DNA from: a virus
IMG/VR virus record: IMGVR_UViG_3300047560_000604
Location: 1 to 64,000 of that record
DNA: 64,000 nt
Reading direction: 5' to 3' (one strand)
The position numbers and the translations under genes are program-made. The notes under the pieces are model-generated. The model did no database searches. It was given only the letters and a program-made list of their open reading frames with translations, and was not told the DNA's origin. Positions 1 to 7,527 of the stretch are shown one piece after another (positions within the stretch are counted from its first letter, which is position 1; every line of letters begins with the position of its first letter).

Positions 1-11
1 CTCGGAAAATT

Positions 12-470
12 GTGGGAGTGGCTTCCGGACGAGCCGAGTTCGGCCCCCGTGCACTCGGAAACCGTAGCCTCTTGGCGGACCCTCGCGGAAGCAAGATTAA
101 GGAGACTGTAAATGAAATTAAACGAAGACAACAATTTAGACCCTTTGCGCCAGTTATTCTGGAAGAGTATGTTCACGAGTATTTTACTATGCCTCGTAAT
201 TGGGATAACAGTAGGTATATGCAAGTCGTCGGTACTTGTAGGTTTCCTGACTTATTTCCTGCTATCGTTCATCACGACAATACTAGTCGTATCCAGACTG
301 TGCCGAAAGATGGATCAGGAATCAGAGAACTACTTGAAAAGTGGTTTGTCTTAACAGGATGCCCTATGCTTCTTAATACATCATTGAATATCAGAGGCGA
401 GCCTATGGTCAATGATAGAACAGATGCAGATAGATTTGAAAATATGTATGGGATTAAAGTAATATCGTGA
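12..470 (+). CDS. Carbamoyltransferase (NodU/CmcH family) C-terminal domain, 5'-truncated by window edge
   Basis: GRAEFGPRALGNRSLLADPR, RQQFRPFAP, SRIQTV and LLNTSLNIRGEP motifs; frame is open to the window start. Confidence 0.9.
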   Translation: MGVASGRAEFGPRALGNRSLLADPRGSKIKETVNEIKRRQQFRPFAPVILEEYVHEYFTMPRNWDNSRYMQVVGTCRFPDLFPAIVHHDNTSRIQTVPKDGSGIRELLEKWFVLTGCPMLLNTSLNIRGEPMVNDRTDADRFENMYGIKVIS

Positions 471-2761
471 TTTCTAGTGAAGAAGTAAATCGTAGACAAG
501 AGTTGTTTAATCAGGGTTATTGGGAGATACCTGATAACTTAGATACAACTAACTTTGACTTTGAATGGAGACCGGACCCTTATGATAGACCCTATATTCA
601 TCAATTCGGGACACAACATCAGAAAACAGGAGGCCCACGTTTTGTTATTCCAGAGAATGAAGGAATCAAGTATCAATCACATCAGCAAGCTATTAGACTA
701 CGGGACGAATCTAGTAGAGCGTGGCGGCACCTTAAACCAAATGTTAGCTTTGATTATTCTTGGCACCCTGATGATTGTGATCCTCCCTATATCTATGTGT
801 TCGGCAATCAGTGGTATGATGTTCACACCATGCCGACAATTCAGTACAGGGTTAAAGGTGCTACTGAGAAAAAGTACGTGGAAGATGTCCATGCAAGACT
901 TTTACCCACCACAGACAGATGGGAGATCCCGGACGACATTACAGACTTTGACTACAGTTGGGAGCCGCATCCTGATGAACCCCCATTCATCTGGCAGTTT
1001 GGTACCCAATGGCAAAAGAACGGTGGTCCCAAGTATAAGGCTGACTATGCGACCGTAGTCAAGTATACAGATATTCAGAAAGCAACTAAGAAACAGAATA
1101 TAGATAATCGTGCATGGCGCCCATTGGTATCTAATGCAACTATAGATTATTCATGGCATCCTGACGAATCTGAGCCACCTTATATCTATGTGTTCGGTAA
1201 TCAGTGGTATGACTCTATTACTATGCCAACGTTTCAATATAGGGTTCAAGGTGCAACAGAAAAGAAATACTTAGACATAAACGCAACACTGTTACCTGAC
1301 ACAACTGGATGGGACATACCTACAGACATAGAAGATAATTTTGACTACAGCTGGAGACCTAATCCAAATGATCCGCCAATGACATACCAGTTTGGTACTC
1401 AATGGCAAAAGACAGGTGGCCCTCGACTAGCAACGACTGGTTCAAGTGTTGTTAAGTATGTGGATATGCCCCGTGCCGTTAAGAAAGTTAACATGCGTAA
1501 CTGGAGAATACCCGAAGAAATCGAAGAAGGGTTTGACTTTAGTTGGCATCCAGATGATACTGAACCTAGTATGATGTATCAGTTTGGGACACAGCATCAA
1601 AAGACCGGCGGCCCTATATACGTAGCTAGGGGTGCAACAGATACAAAATACTGTGACGCACAAATTGCTAAACGCAAAGTTAATATGCGTAACTGGAGAA
1701 TCATTGAACCTATCAACAATGAAACGTTTGACTTTAGCTGGCACCCTGACGAAACAGAAGACGACTATACACATATCTTTGGCAATCAGTTTCATTTACC
1801 TGAAACCATGCCCACTGTTATGTATAAGAGTAAAACCTCTATTGGTAACAAATACAATCAAACAATTGAAGCTGAATTGACTGTAGACAAGTTCACATAC
1901 ACTGACAGTATCTTTGATAGTTTGATGGAACATAAGTTTCAATCAGCATACGCACACTTTGTAAAGGGTGATAGCAAAGTAAATTATTCGCATCTTAGAA
2001 CTAACAAAATCAGTGTACACTTATTGGGTAATGAAGCTATTGTACCTAGAAGTGCAAAGATTCACATGTACGACAAGTTAACAGATAGTGACAACGTGGT
2101 ACTTCATTCTGTACCCGATGTTAAACTATTAGACATTGTTTTCTTTAGTAACGGGGAAAGTTGTGCGGAAGAGAACTATCAACACTTATTAAGTTTAAAC
2201 TTACCTAATCGTATCGTAAGAGTAGACGGAGTAAATGGTAGAGTAGCAAGTCAACATGCCGCAGCGAATAGTAGCAATACTGAGTGGTACTTCTTAATCA
2301 ATGCTAAGTTGAAAGTTAATAAAGACTTTGATTTTAACTGGCAACCTGACATATACAAATCTAGTAGACATTATATCTTTAGAGCAAAGAATCCATTGAA
2401 TGGGTTAGAGTATGGACATATGGCTATGGTAGCAAACAATAAGAAACTTACACTACAGACAGTGGGTAAGGGCTTAGACTTTACTATGGAAAGTAACCAT
2501 GAAGTTGTTGACTTGTTATCTGGAACAGCAGTGTTCAATAGTGACTGGGATATATGGCGTACTGCGTTCAGAGAATGTATTAAGTTATGTCATGCGGGCG
2601 ATAGTGAGTCCATGCAAAGACTAGAAGTATGGACAACTGTAGGAGAAGGCACTAAAGGAGCATTAGACGCAGTTAGTTATTATAATGAAGTAGACGGAGA
2701 CTTTGATAAGTTAAAACTAAGTTATGACTGGACTTGGTTGTACAACAGATACGCTAAATAA
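467..2761 (+). CDS. 764-aa protein: about 7 Trp/Pro-rich ~60-aa repeats plus C-terminal glycosyltransferase-like domain
   Basis: Repeated FDYSW(H/R)PD..PPYIY.FG(N/T)QW; C-terminal DIVFFSNGE..AEENY..RVDGVNGR..SQHAAA resembles a GT-A fold. Confidence 0.7.
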   Translation: MISSEEVNRRQELFNQGYWEIPDNLDTTNFDFEWRPDPYDRPYIHQFGTQHQKTGGPRFVIPENEGIKYQSHQQAIRLRDESSRAWRHLKPNVSFDYSWHPDDCDPPYIYVFGNQWYDVHTMPTIQYRVKGATEKKYVEDVHARLLPTTDRWEIPDDITDFDYSWEPHPDEPPFIWQFGTQWQKNGGPKYKADYATVVKYTDIQKATKKQNIDNRAWRPLVSNATIDYSWHPDESEPPYIYVFGNQWYDSITMPTFQYRVQGATEKKYLDINATLLPDTTGWDIPTDIEDNFDYSWRPNPNDPPMTYQFGTQWQKTGGPRLATTGSSVVKYVDMPRAVKKVNMRNWRIPEEIEEGFDFSWHPDDTEPSMMYQFGTQHQKTGGPIYVARGATDTKYCDAQIAKRKVNMRNWRIIEPINNETFDFSWHPDETEDDYTHIFGNQFHLPETMPTVMYKSKTSIGNKYNQTIEAELTVDKFTYTDSIFDSLMEHKFQSAYAHFVKGDSKVNYSHLRTNKISVHLLGNEAIVPRSAKIHMYDKLTDSDNVVLHSVPDVKLLDIVFFSNGESCAEENYQHLLSLNLPNRIVRVDGVNGRVASQHAAANSSNTEWYFLINAKLKVNKDFDFNWQPDIYKSSRHYIFRAKNPLNGLEYGHMAMVANNKKLTLQTVGKGLDFTMESNHEVVDLLSGTAVFNSDWDIWRTAFRECIKLCHAGDSESMQRLEVWTTVGEGTKGALDAVSYYNEVDGDFDKLKLSYDWTWLYNRYAK

Positions 2762-2765
2762 GTCT

Positions 2766-2861
2766 ATGAGTTACTTATTTTGGATTGTAATCTGTGCTAC
2801 CTTCAGCGGTGCTATCTACTGGATTATGGACTGGCATGACAAACACGAAGACGGTGAATGA
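2766..2861 (+). CDS. 31-aa small membrane protein (not in ORF track)
   Basis: MSYLFWIVICATFSGAIYWIMDWHDKHEDGE; lies just after TAAATA; single hydrophobic segment. Confidence 0.5.
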   Translation: MSYLFWIVICATFSGAIYWIMDWHDKHEDGE

Positions 2862-3462
2862 TTTAATTTCCATCCCGCGCTAGTTTTTAGTTTTCCGTTC
2901 ACTAATTTACTAGCACTCCTGCTACCTGTAATTGTACTAAATTCAAATTTAGTCGTATACAATATTTCTCCGGAATTAATATTTATAAATGAGTAGATAT
3001 TTTTATCTGATTTAGCATGTCCTAACCCAACTCTCCCCATTTTCTTTCTTGTACTATCGCTATGTGTTTTTCCATAATGGGATTGTTGGCACCACTTACA
3101 TCATTTTCTTGATGCCATTCGATTTTGCGTTGACGCATTGATTCCAATTTTATTGGATCCCATACTTTACCAATAGTCCCTTCACCACCGTCTGTTTTGT
3201 TATATAAGATACCAGTGTTAGTATTCTTGCGACCGTACCATTTAATCATTCTACGCTCAATGGCCAACGCACCCAATTCAGATAAATTGTGTTCAAGAAT
3301 TACAATCTTGGACATGTCGCTCGGAACTGAAATCGAATGATCCTTGTTCCAGGCACGGTTACCTGAACCTTTTCCGATGTAATACAGTGAGTTGTTTGAT
3401 TTGCGAATGTATGCGTAAACATAAAACCCTTTAGGTAGATGTTTAGGTGAATAAATAGTCAT
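2816..3462 (-). pseudogene. GIY-YIG-like homing endonuclease with NUMOD3 motif, frameshifted near 3077
   Basis: YVYAYIRK..LYYIGKG..R..KTDGGEG N-terminus; after NNP the other frame continues YGKTHSDSTRKKM..IYSFININSGE..LVNGKLKTSAGWKL, consistent with a 1-nt deletion. Confidence 0.7.
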
Positions 3463-3530
3463 GCTGATTGCTCCTCTAAGCGTTAGAGTAGTTGGGAATT
3501 CCACTTCCGCGAACTACACTATTATTTATC
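3460..3530 (-). promoter_or_regulatory. Conserved endonuclease leader, copy 1 (late promoter + hairpin + SD)
   Basis: Near-identical to 9574-9643; TAAATA, GTAGTT/AACTAC stem, GAGGAG-CAATCAGC-ATG. Confidence 0.75.
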
Positions 3531-3577
3531 CCAAAACATTTGATTTTTATCTAATTGTGTATATAATAAATACTTGA

Positions 3578-3950
3578 TTGCTGTAAACCCCGAAAGGGAA
3601 GAGGCGAAGAGAAAAGTGTTCTGGACGCGGGTTCGACTCCCGCCAGGTCCACCAGTAAGAATATTGTTCGCACCAAATAATAGCGCAAAAAATAGTGGCG
3701 TGGTACTAGTCCGTGGATCACTAGCAATATTCTTACTAATGGGCCTGTCATGGTTTCGACAGGGCAAAGAGTAACAGAGTGGACAGCAGGGCAATGTGAA
3801 AGCCCTTAGGATTGGGGGTAACAATACAGTAATGTCATGTCAATATGATATCAGTATTTCCCGGTCGTAGAAGCAAAAAACGTAAATGCAAACGACAGCG
3901 CATATTCTCTAGCCGCTTGAGGCAGAGGTGCAGTAGGACTTACTGTATAA
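3578..3950 (+). ncRNA. ssrA: Circularly permuted (two-piece) tmRNA
   Basis: T-arm GCGGG-TTCGACT-CCCGC and CAGGTCC-A-CCA (3644-3654) lie upstream of the 5' strand GGGCCTG (3741-3747), giving a G3.U70 pair; tag ORF 3888-3920 ANDSAYSLAA*; outer ends approximate. Confidence 0.93.
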
Positions 3951-3963
3951 AATAAAAAACCAC

Positions 3964-3990
3964 AATAGGGACTTCGGTCCCTATTTGTTT
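3964..3990 (+). terminator. Rho-independent terminator after tmRNA
   Basis: ATAGGGAC-TTCG-GTCCCTAT followed by TTGTTT. Confidence 0.85.
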
Positions 3991-4043
3991 GGGTATTGTC
4001 AACGTAATTGTCACGTAAGGCGTTGTATATATGAGGAGCTTAT

Positions 4044-4178
4044 ATGCAACTAACTAAACCCAAAGAGTATTCTGACGATAAACCAGCTAAGTACGAAGTC
4101 ATTCATTTCTTAAAGACCTGTTCACGAGGTTGCCCTAATTGTGACAAGAAACGCATAGGAACATGCGGTTGTAAGTAA
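4044..4178 (+). CDS. 44-aa Cys-rich small protein (not in ORF track)
   Basis: GAGGAG SD; MQLTKPKEYSDDKPAKYEVIHFLKTCSRGCPNCDKKRIGTCGCK. Confidence 0.65.
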   Translation: MQLTKPKEYSDDKPAKYEVIHFLKTCSRGCPNCDKKRIGTCGCK

Positions 4179-4187
4179 CCTTTTTTC

Positions 4188-4216
4188 TTGCATCTCAACT
4201 TTCAGTCATATATACT
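4188..4216 (+). promoter_or_regulatory. sigma70-like promoter; ATG 6 nt after the -10
   Basis: TTGCAT-17-TATACT-6-ATG(4223). Confidence 0.6.
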
Positions 4217-4222
4217 TTGACT

Positions 4223-4537
4223 ATGAGTAACGAAACAGCTAAATTTATCAACTCTCGTCGCCGTCATAAGACCGACGTTCACATCGCAAGACAGATAAAG
4301 ATTGCGAAGCAGTCTCACACAATGGGAACATCACGTTCTATCATTGAACGAGAGCCACATAGAATGGCAAAACGACATGCAATGGATTGTGGAAATCCAA
4401 AATGCTTTCTCTGCGGAAATCCCCGCAAGACCCACAAAGACAAACTAACAGCGCAAGAAAAGCGTTTGTTTCAAGATTTGGATAGAACATCAGATAAACA
4501 TTCTAATGGTCTACCATCACCGGATAATGACGAGTAA
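4223..4537 (+). CDS. Hypothetical basic protein with CxxPxCxxC motif
   Basis: ORF; HAMDCGNPKCFLCGNPRK. Confidence 0.75.
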   Translation: MSNETAKFINSRRRHKTDVHIARQIKIAKQSHTMGTSRSIIEREPHRMAKRHAMDCGNPKCFLCGNPRKTHKDKLTAQEKRLFQDLDRTSDKHSNGLPSPDNDE

Positions 4538-4573
4538 TCGTTATTATATTTCATAAACGTTAAAGGAAATTAA

Positions 4574-5131
4574 ATGAAAAAAATCGCATTAGCCCTAATG
4601 GCAACTCTATCTTTCGCAGCATCCGCAGCAGACTTTGTTTCTGTCGCAGTTGAGCATGTTACTGACCGTGTTGACTCAGCAAAGTCAACAGTACAATATG
4701 TTCGTGCTGGTAAAGAAATCAATGGCTTGCAATATGGCTTGCAATCACGCACTAGCCGTCGTGATGATGGCACCGGCTTGTTCAACAGCTTAGAAGGTAC
4801 TGTTGGTAAGAACTATTCAGTTTCTCAATTCACTGTTACTCCATTCGTTGGTCTAGCACGTGACAACACTAAGAACGGTGCAAGTGAGCCATACACATAT
4901 GGTTTGATCGGTGCTAACATTGGTACACCAGTATTAGGTGGCTACGCAATGGCAGGTGTTAAGACACGAGCAGGTTCTACACAGTCAGGCGACCGTACAA
5001 AGCAAACTGTTACCTTCGCATCTTATGCTTACCCAGTAGCTAAGAACGTTGCGTTGACCGCAGGCGTTTCTCGTTCAGCACAGGACATCAAGGAACGTGC
5101 AGTTTCAGTAGGTGTTTCAGTAGGTTTCTAA
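4574..5131 (+). CDS. Outer-membrane beta-barrel / porin-like protein
   Basis: AAGGA SD; signal peptide MKKIALALMATLSFAASAA; alternating amphipathic strands; C-terminal VSVGVSVGF. Confidence 0.75.
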   Translation: MKKIALALMATLSFAASAADFVSVAVEHVTDRVDSAKSTVQYVRAGKEINGLQYGLQSRTSRRDDGTGLFNSLEGTVGKNYSVSQFTVTPFVGLARDNTKNGASEPYTYGLIGANIGTPVLGGYAMAGVKTRAGSTQSGDRTKQTVTFASYAYPVAKNVALTAGVSRSAQDIKERAVSVGVSVGF

Positions 5132-5157
5132 TCTCTGATTAGATTCTTTTAAAAGCG

Positions 5158-5183
5158 AAAAGGGCATTAAGTTGCCCTTTTTT
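5158..5183 (+). terminator. Rho-independent terminator
   Basis: AAAAGGGCA-TTAAGT-TGCCCTTTTTT. Confidence 0.85.
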
Positions 5184-5230
5184 ATTGTCTAGAACAAACC
5201 TATCATATATAATAACACAAAGGAGAAACT

Positions 5231-5701
5231 ATGTCAGTTACAATTAAGAACTTAGAAGCAGCTTTCGCCGGTGAGAGCCAAGCGTTCACAAAGTATATGT
5301 ACTTTGCTAAAATGGCTCGTCAGCAAGGCTTTGAAGACGTTGCTAAACACTTTGAACATACTGCAAGCCAAGAACTTCTTCATGCTCATGGGCATTTAGA
5401 GTTGTTAGTAGGTAAGCCAGATGTTAAGCATTGTTTAGAAATGGCTATTGAAGGTGAAACATACGAGTTCACTACAATGTACCCGGAGTTTGAAACAGTC
5501 GCTATCGCTGAAGGCAATCTAGAGGCTGCGATAGAAGCACGCTATCAGATTGAAGAATCAAAAGAACACGCAGACGAATTCAAACAAGTTTTGAAGAAAG
5601 CAGAAAAGCGTTTCGCCGCTCTTGCTAAAGTTGAGAAGCGTCACGCCGAGGCATACCAAGAAGTTTGGGAAGCTGTTAACACAAGTCAAGGAGCAAAATA
5701 A
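5231..5701 (+). CDS. rbr: Rubrerythrin
   Basis: NLEAAFAGESQA..KY..FA..A..EG..A..F..TA..E..HA and E..H diiron motifs. Confidence 0.92.
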   Translation: MSVTIKNLEAAFAGESQAFTKYMYFAKMARQQGFEDVAKHFEHTASQELLHAHGHLELLVGKPDVKHCLEMAIEGETYEFTTMYPEFETVAIAEGNLEAAIEARYQIEESKEHADEFKQVLKKAEKRFAALAKVEKRHAEAYQEVWEAVNTSQGAK

Positions 5702-5829
5702 TGGAACACGTATGCGTAGTATGCGGTCATGTACATGACGAAGCCACTGAAGGTAAATGGGAAGATTTGCCAGATACATTCACTTGCCCTGAGTGTGGTG
5801 TCGGTAAAGAAGATTACGAGACAATCTAA
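5701..5829 (+). CDS. rub: Rubredoxin (42 aa, not in ORF track)
   Basis: MEHVCVVCGHVHDEATEGKWEDLPDTFTCPECGVGKEDYETI; TAATG overlap with rbr; GGAG SD. Confidence 0.92.
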   Translation: MEHVCVVCGHVHDEATEGKWEDLPDTFTCPECGVGKEDYETI

Positions 5830-6221
5830 TGGCAAACGTAGCAGAGTATTTTGAAAAGAATCGTTATCACGGCTCCTATGATTTGGGAGAACGTGTGTTC
5901 GGTTATTACGACAAGATTCCCTTCATCGGCTCTGTTGGTAACGACCGTGTTGTCAGTGAACTAATTGGTCCTGAAATCACGGTCTTACTTGACTTGCCCA
6001 TTATGATTGATGGACAAGTAAAAAATGTTATAATTGTAAAACACAAAGACATTAAATCTTTGTTGAGAGATTATGATGCGTCGGAGGCTCGGATGGTCAG
6101 AGCAACCGATTCTAAACCGGTAGGAAGTGGGTTCGATTCCCATCCGACGCACCAAGAACAACCAAAGTCTAATAGTAAAACACTATTAGAGAATTTGAAG
6201 AAACTAAAAGGTAAAAAATAA
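5829..6221 (+). CDS. Hypothetical protein whose 3' part reads through a tRNA
   Basis: Coupled by TAATG overlaps at both ends; codons about 84-109 coincide with the tRNA. Confidence 0.7.
   Translation: MANVAEYFEKNRYHGSYDLGERVFGYYDKIPFIGSVGNDRVVSELIGPEITVLLDLPIMIDGQVKNVIIVKHKDIKSLLRDYDASEARMVRATDSKPVGSGFDSHPTHQEQPKSNSKTLLENLKKLKGKK
6078..6154 (+). tRNA. tRNA with CUA anticodon (amber-suppressor type), CCA encoded
   Basis: GCGTCGG/CCGACGC acceptor, GCTC/GAGC D-stem, ACCG(A)-TTCTAAA-(C)CGGT anticodon arm, GTGGG-TTCGATT-CCCAT T-arm, ACCA; atypical A8, G14 and A31.C39. Confidence 0.8.
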
Positions 6222-6463
6222 TGGACATGGATAACGCAGCAGTGTTCTTAGCTGGTACAATCTTGTACGCATTGGGTATTCTAATCATCCTATCAGCTAC
6301 GATTATTGCGAATAACATCATTCATAAATTTTGGAAAAGTTTCGGTTGGACATTCATGTCTTGGGTGCATCAAGAACCCGCGAGATTTATGACTCCAGAA
6401 GAAGAAGCTAAAGTTGCACCCACACTTGATCCAGTTAGTGGCGCCACACATAAAACAAAATGA
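6221..6463 (+). CDS. Small membrane protein
   Basis: N-terminal TM segment AVFLAGTILYALGILIILSATIIA. Confidence 0.7.
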   Translation: MDMDNAAVFLAGTILYALGILIILSATIIANNIIHKFWKSFGWTFMSWVHQEPARFMTPEEEAKVAPTLDPVSGATHKTK

Positions 6464-6768
6464 TTGAAAAGATTTGGTATCTCCCGGCACCGTATTCAGA
6501 AGATGACTGTGTATGGATCAACAGTTCAGGATTATTGTACGAAGTATTAAGTCCTGATAAGTGGGGTGACACTGACAGTGGATGGTGTGACTATGCTACT
6601 GGTCAAGAGGTACTAACAAATCTACACGAAGTTTATTTAAGAACCACAGATGAAAAAGGTGAGATGTGGTTGAAACTTAAATATATAGATAGAGTGAAAT
6701 TACAAAGGGTAATGAATCACAATATGTCAGAAGTATTAAGGAGAAAACAAAATGACACAATAGATTGA
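6460..6768 (+). CDS. Hypothetical protein, possible dispersed LRW-family member
   Basis: ATGA overlap; TDEKGEMWLKLKY resembles the array motif. Confidence 0.65.
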   Translation: MIEKIWYLPAPYSEDDCVWINSSGLLYEVLSPDKWGDTDSGWCDYATGQEVLTNLHEVYLRTTDEKGEMWLKLKYIDRVKLQRVMNHNMSEVLRRKQNDTID

Positions 6769-7327
6769 ATTTGCATGTAAAGAGGTAGTCTTCCACTTTA
6801 ACAAAGCACACTTACAAGACGAGACCATTCCCATGTGGGTCTTAAAATTTCATGGCGAAACGTACTATGTCAATCATGTAGATGCAAAGCTACCATGGAG
6901 TACTAAAGAAACTCCCGACAACCCAAGTACAAAAGGTTCATTAAAGTTCAAAAATGCGTTAGTAACCATCAACGAACAGAACGAAGCAACCTTGACAGAA
7001 TTAACAATCTTTGATAAAATACGTTTACGCAATCAGAAGTTGGGTATTACACGTATTATGTTCACACCTGGTTCTGAAATACACGAAGCATTAAAGAGAA
7101 ACGAATTCAAACACTCACCATTCAAAACTATCTCAGCACCTTGTACTACAACATACATTATCTGTGATATGTTGAAGAAAGAAGAGGTCACGTTCGCTAC
7201 TTTGAAGTATGACACGTTTAGGATTGTAAAAGAAAATGAGTATTACTACAAACACTATGACGAAACGAAAGACGACAGAATCCGTGCAGACTACTCGGAT
7301 CCGGACACCCCGTATGAGTACAGTTAA
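6752..7327 (+). CDS. Hypothetical protein with in-frame TAG at codon 4 (ORF track starts it at 6833)
   Basis: AAGGAG-8nt-ATG ACA CAA TAG ATT GAA TTT..., in frame with MWVLKFHGE. Confidence 0.7.
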
Positions 7328-7520
7328 GTTATTCGTAAAGGATGTTGACTTCTCAGATGTGTGTAAACATGTCAGTACGAGTGGTGTAAAGTATTACCCT
7401 ATTCGTAGATGGAGTGTCGCTATCCCGAAATATTACGCTGGGTATCTATTTGAAATGGATAAGGATCATCCTATCGTTTCATTTATCATGCTCACCTATG
7501 ATGTAATCCTACAAGACTAA
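7314..7520 (+). CDS. Small hypothetical protein
   Basis: ATG 7314 overlaps the upstream gene end; MSTVKLFVKD..FIMLTYDVILQD. Confidence 0.6.
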   Translation: MSTVKLFVKDVDFSDVCKHVSTSGVKYYPIRRWSVAIPKYYAGYLFEMDKDHPIVSFIMLTYDVILQD

Positions 7521-7527
7521 ATATAAG

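Noticed and set aside
3522-3824. ORFs 3522-3824(-), 3551-3751(-) and 3574-3774(+)
   Set aside because: They overlap the tmRNA, lack an SD and have no protein-like features
6078-6154. Reading the tRNA as Arg(UCU) or as pyrrolysine tRNA
   Set aside because: Centring UCU breaks the anticodon stem, and Arg identity A20 is absent; the GG-containing D-loop, standard T-loop and 5-nt variable loop do not fit tRNA-Pyl
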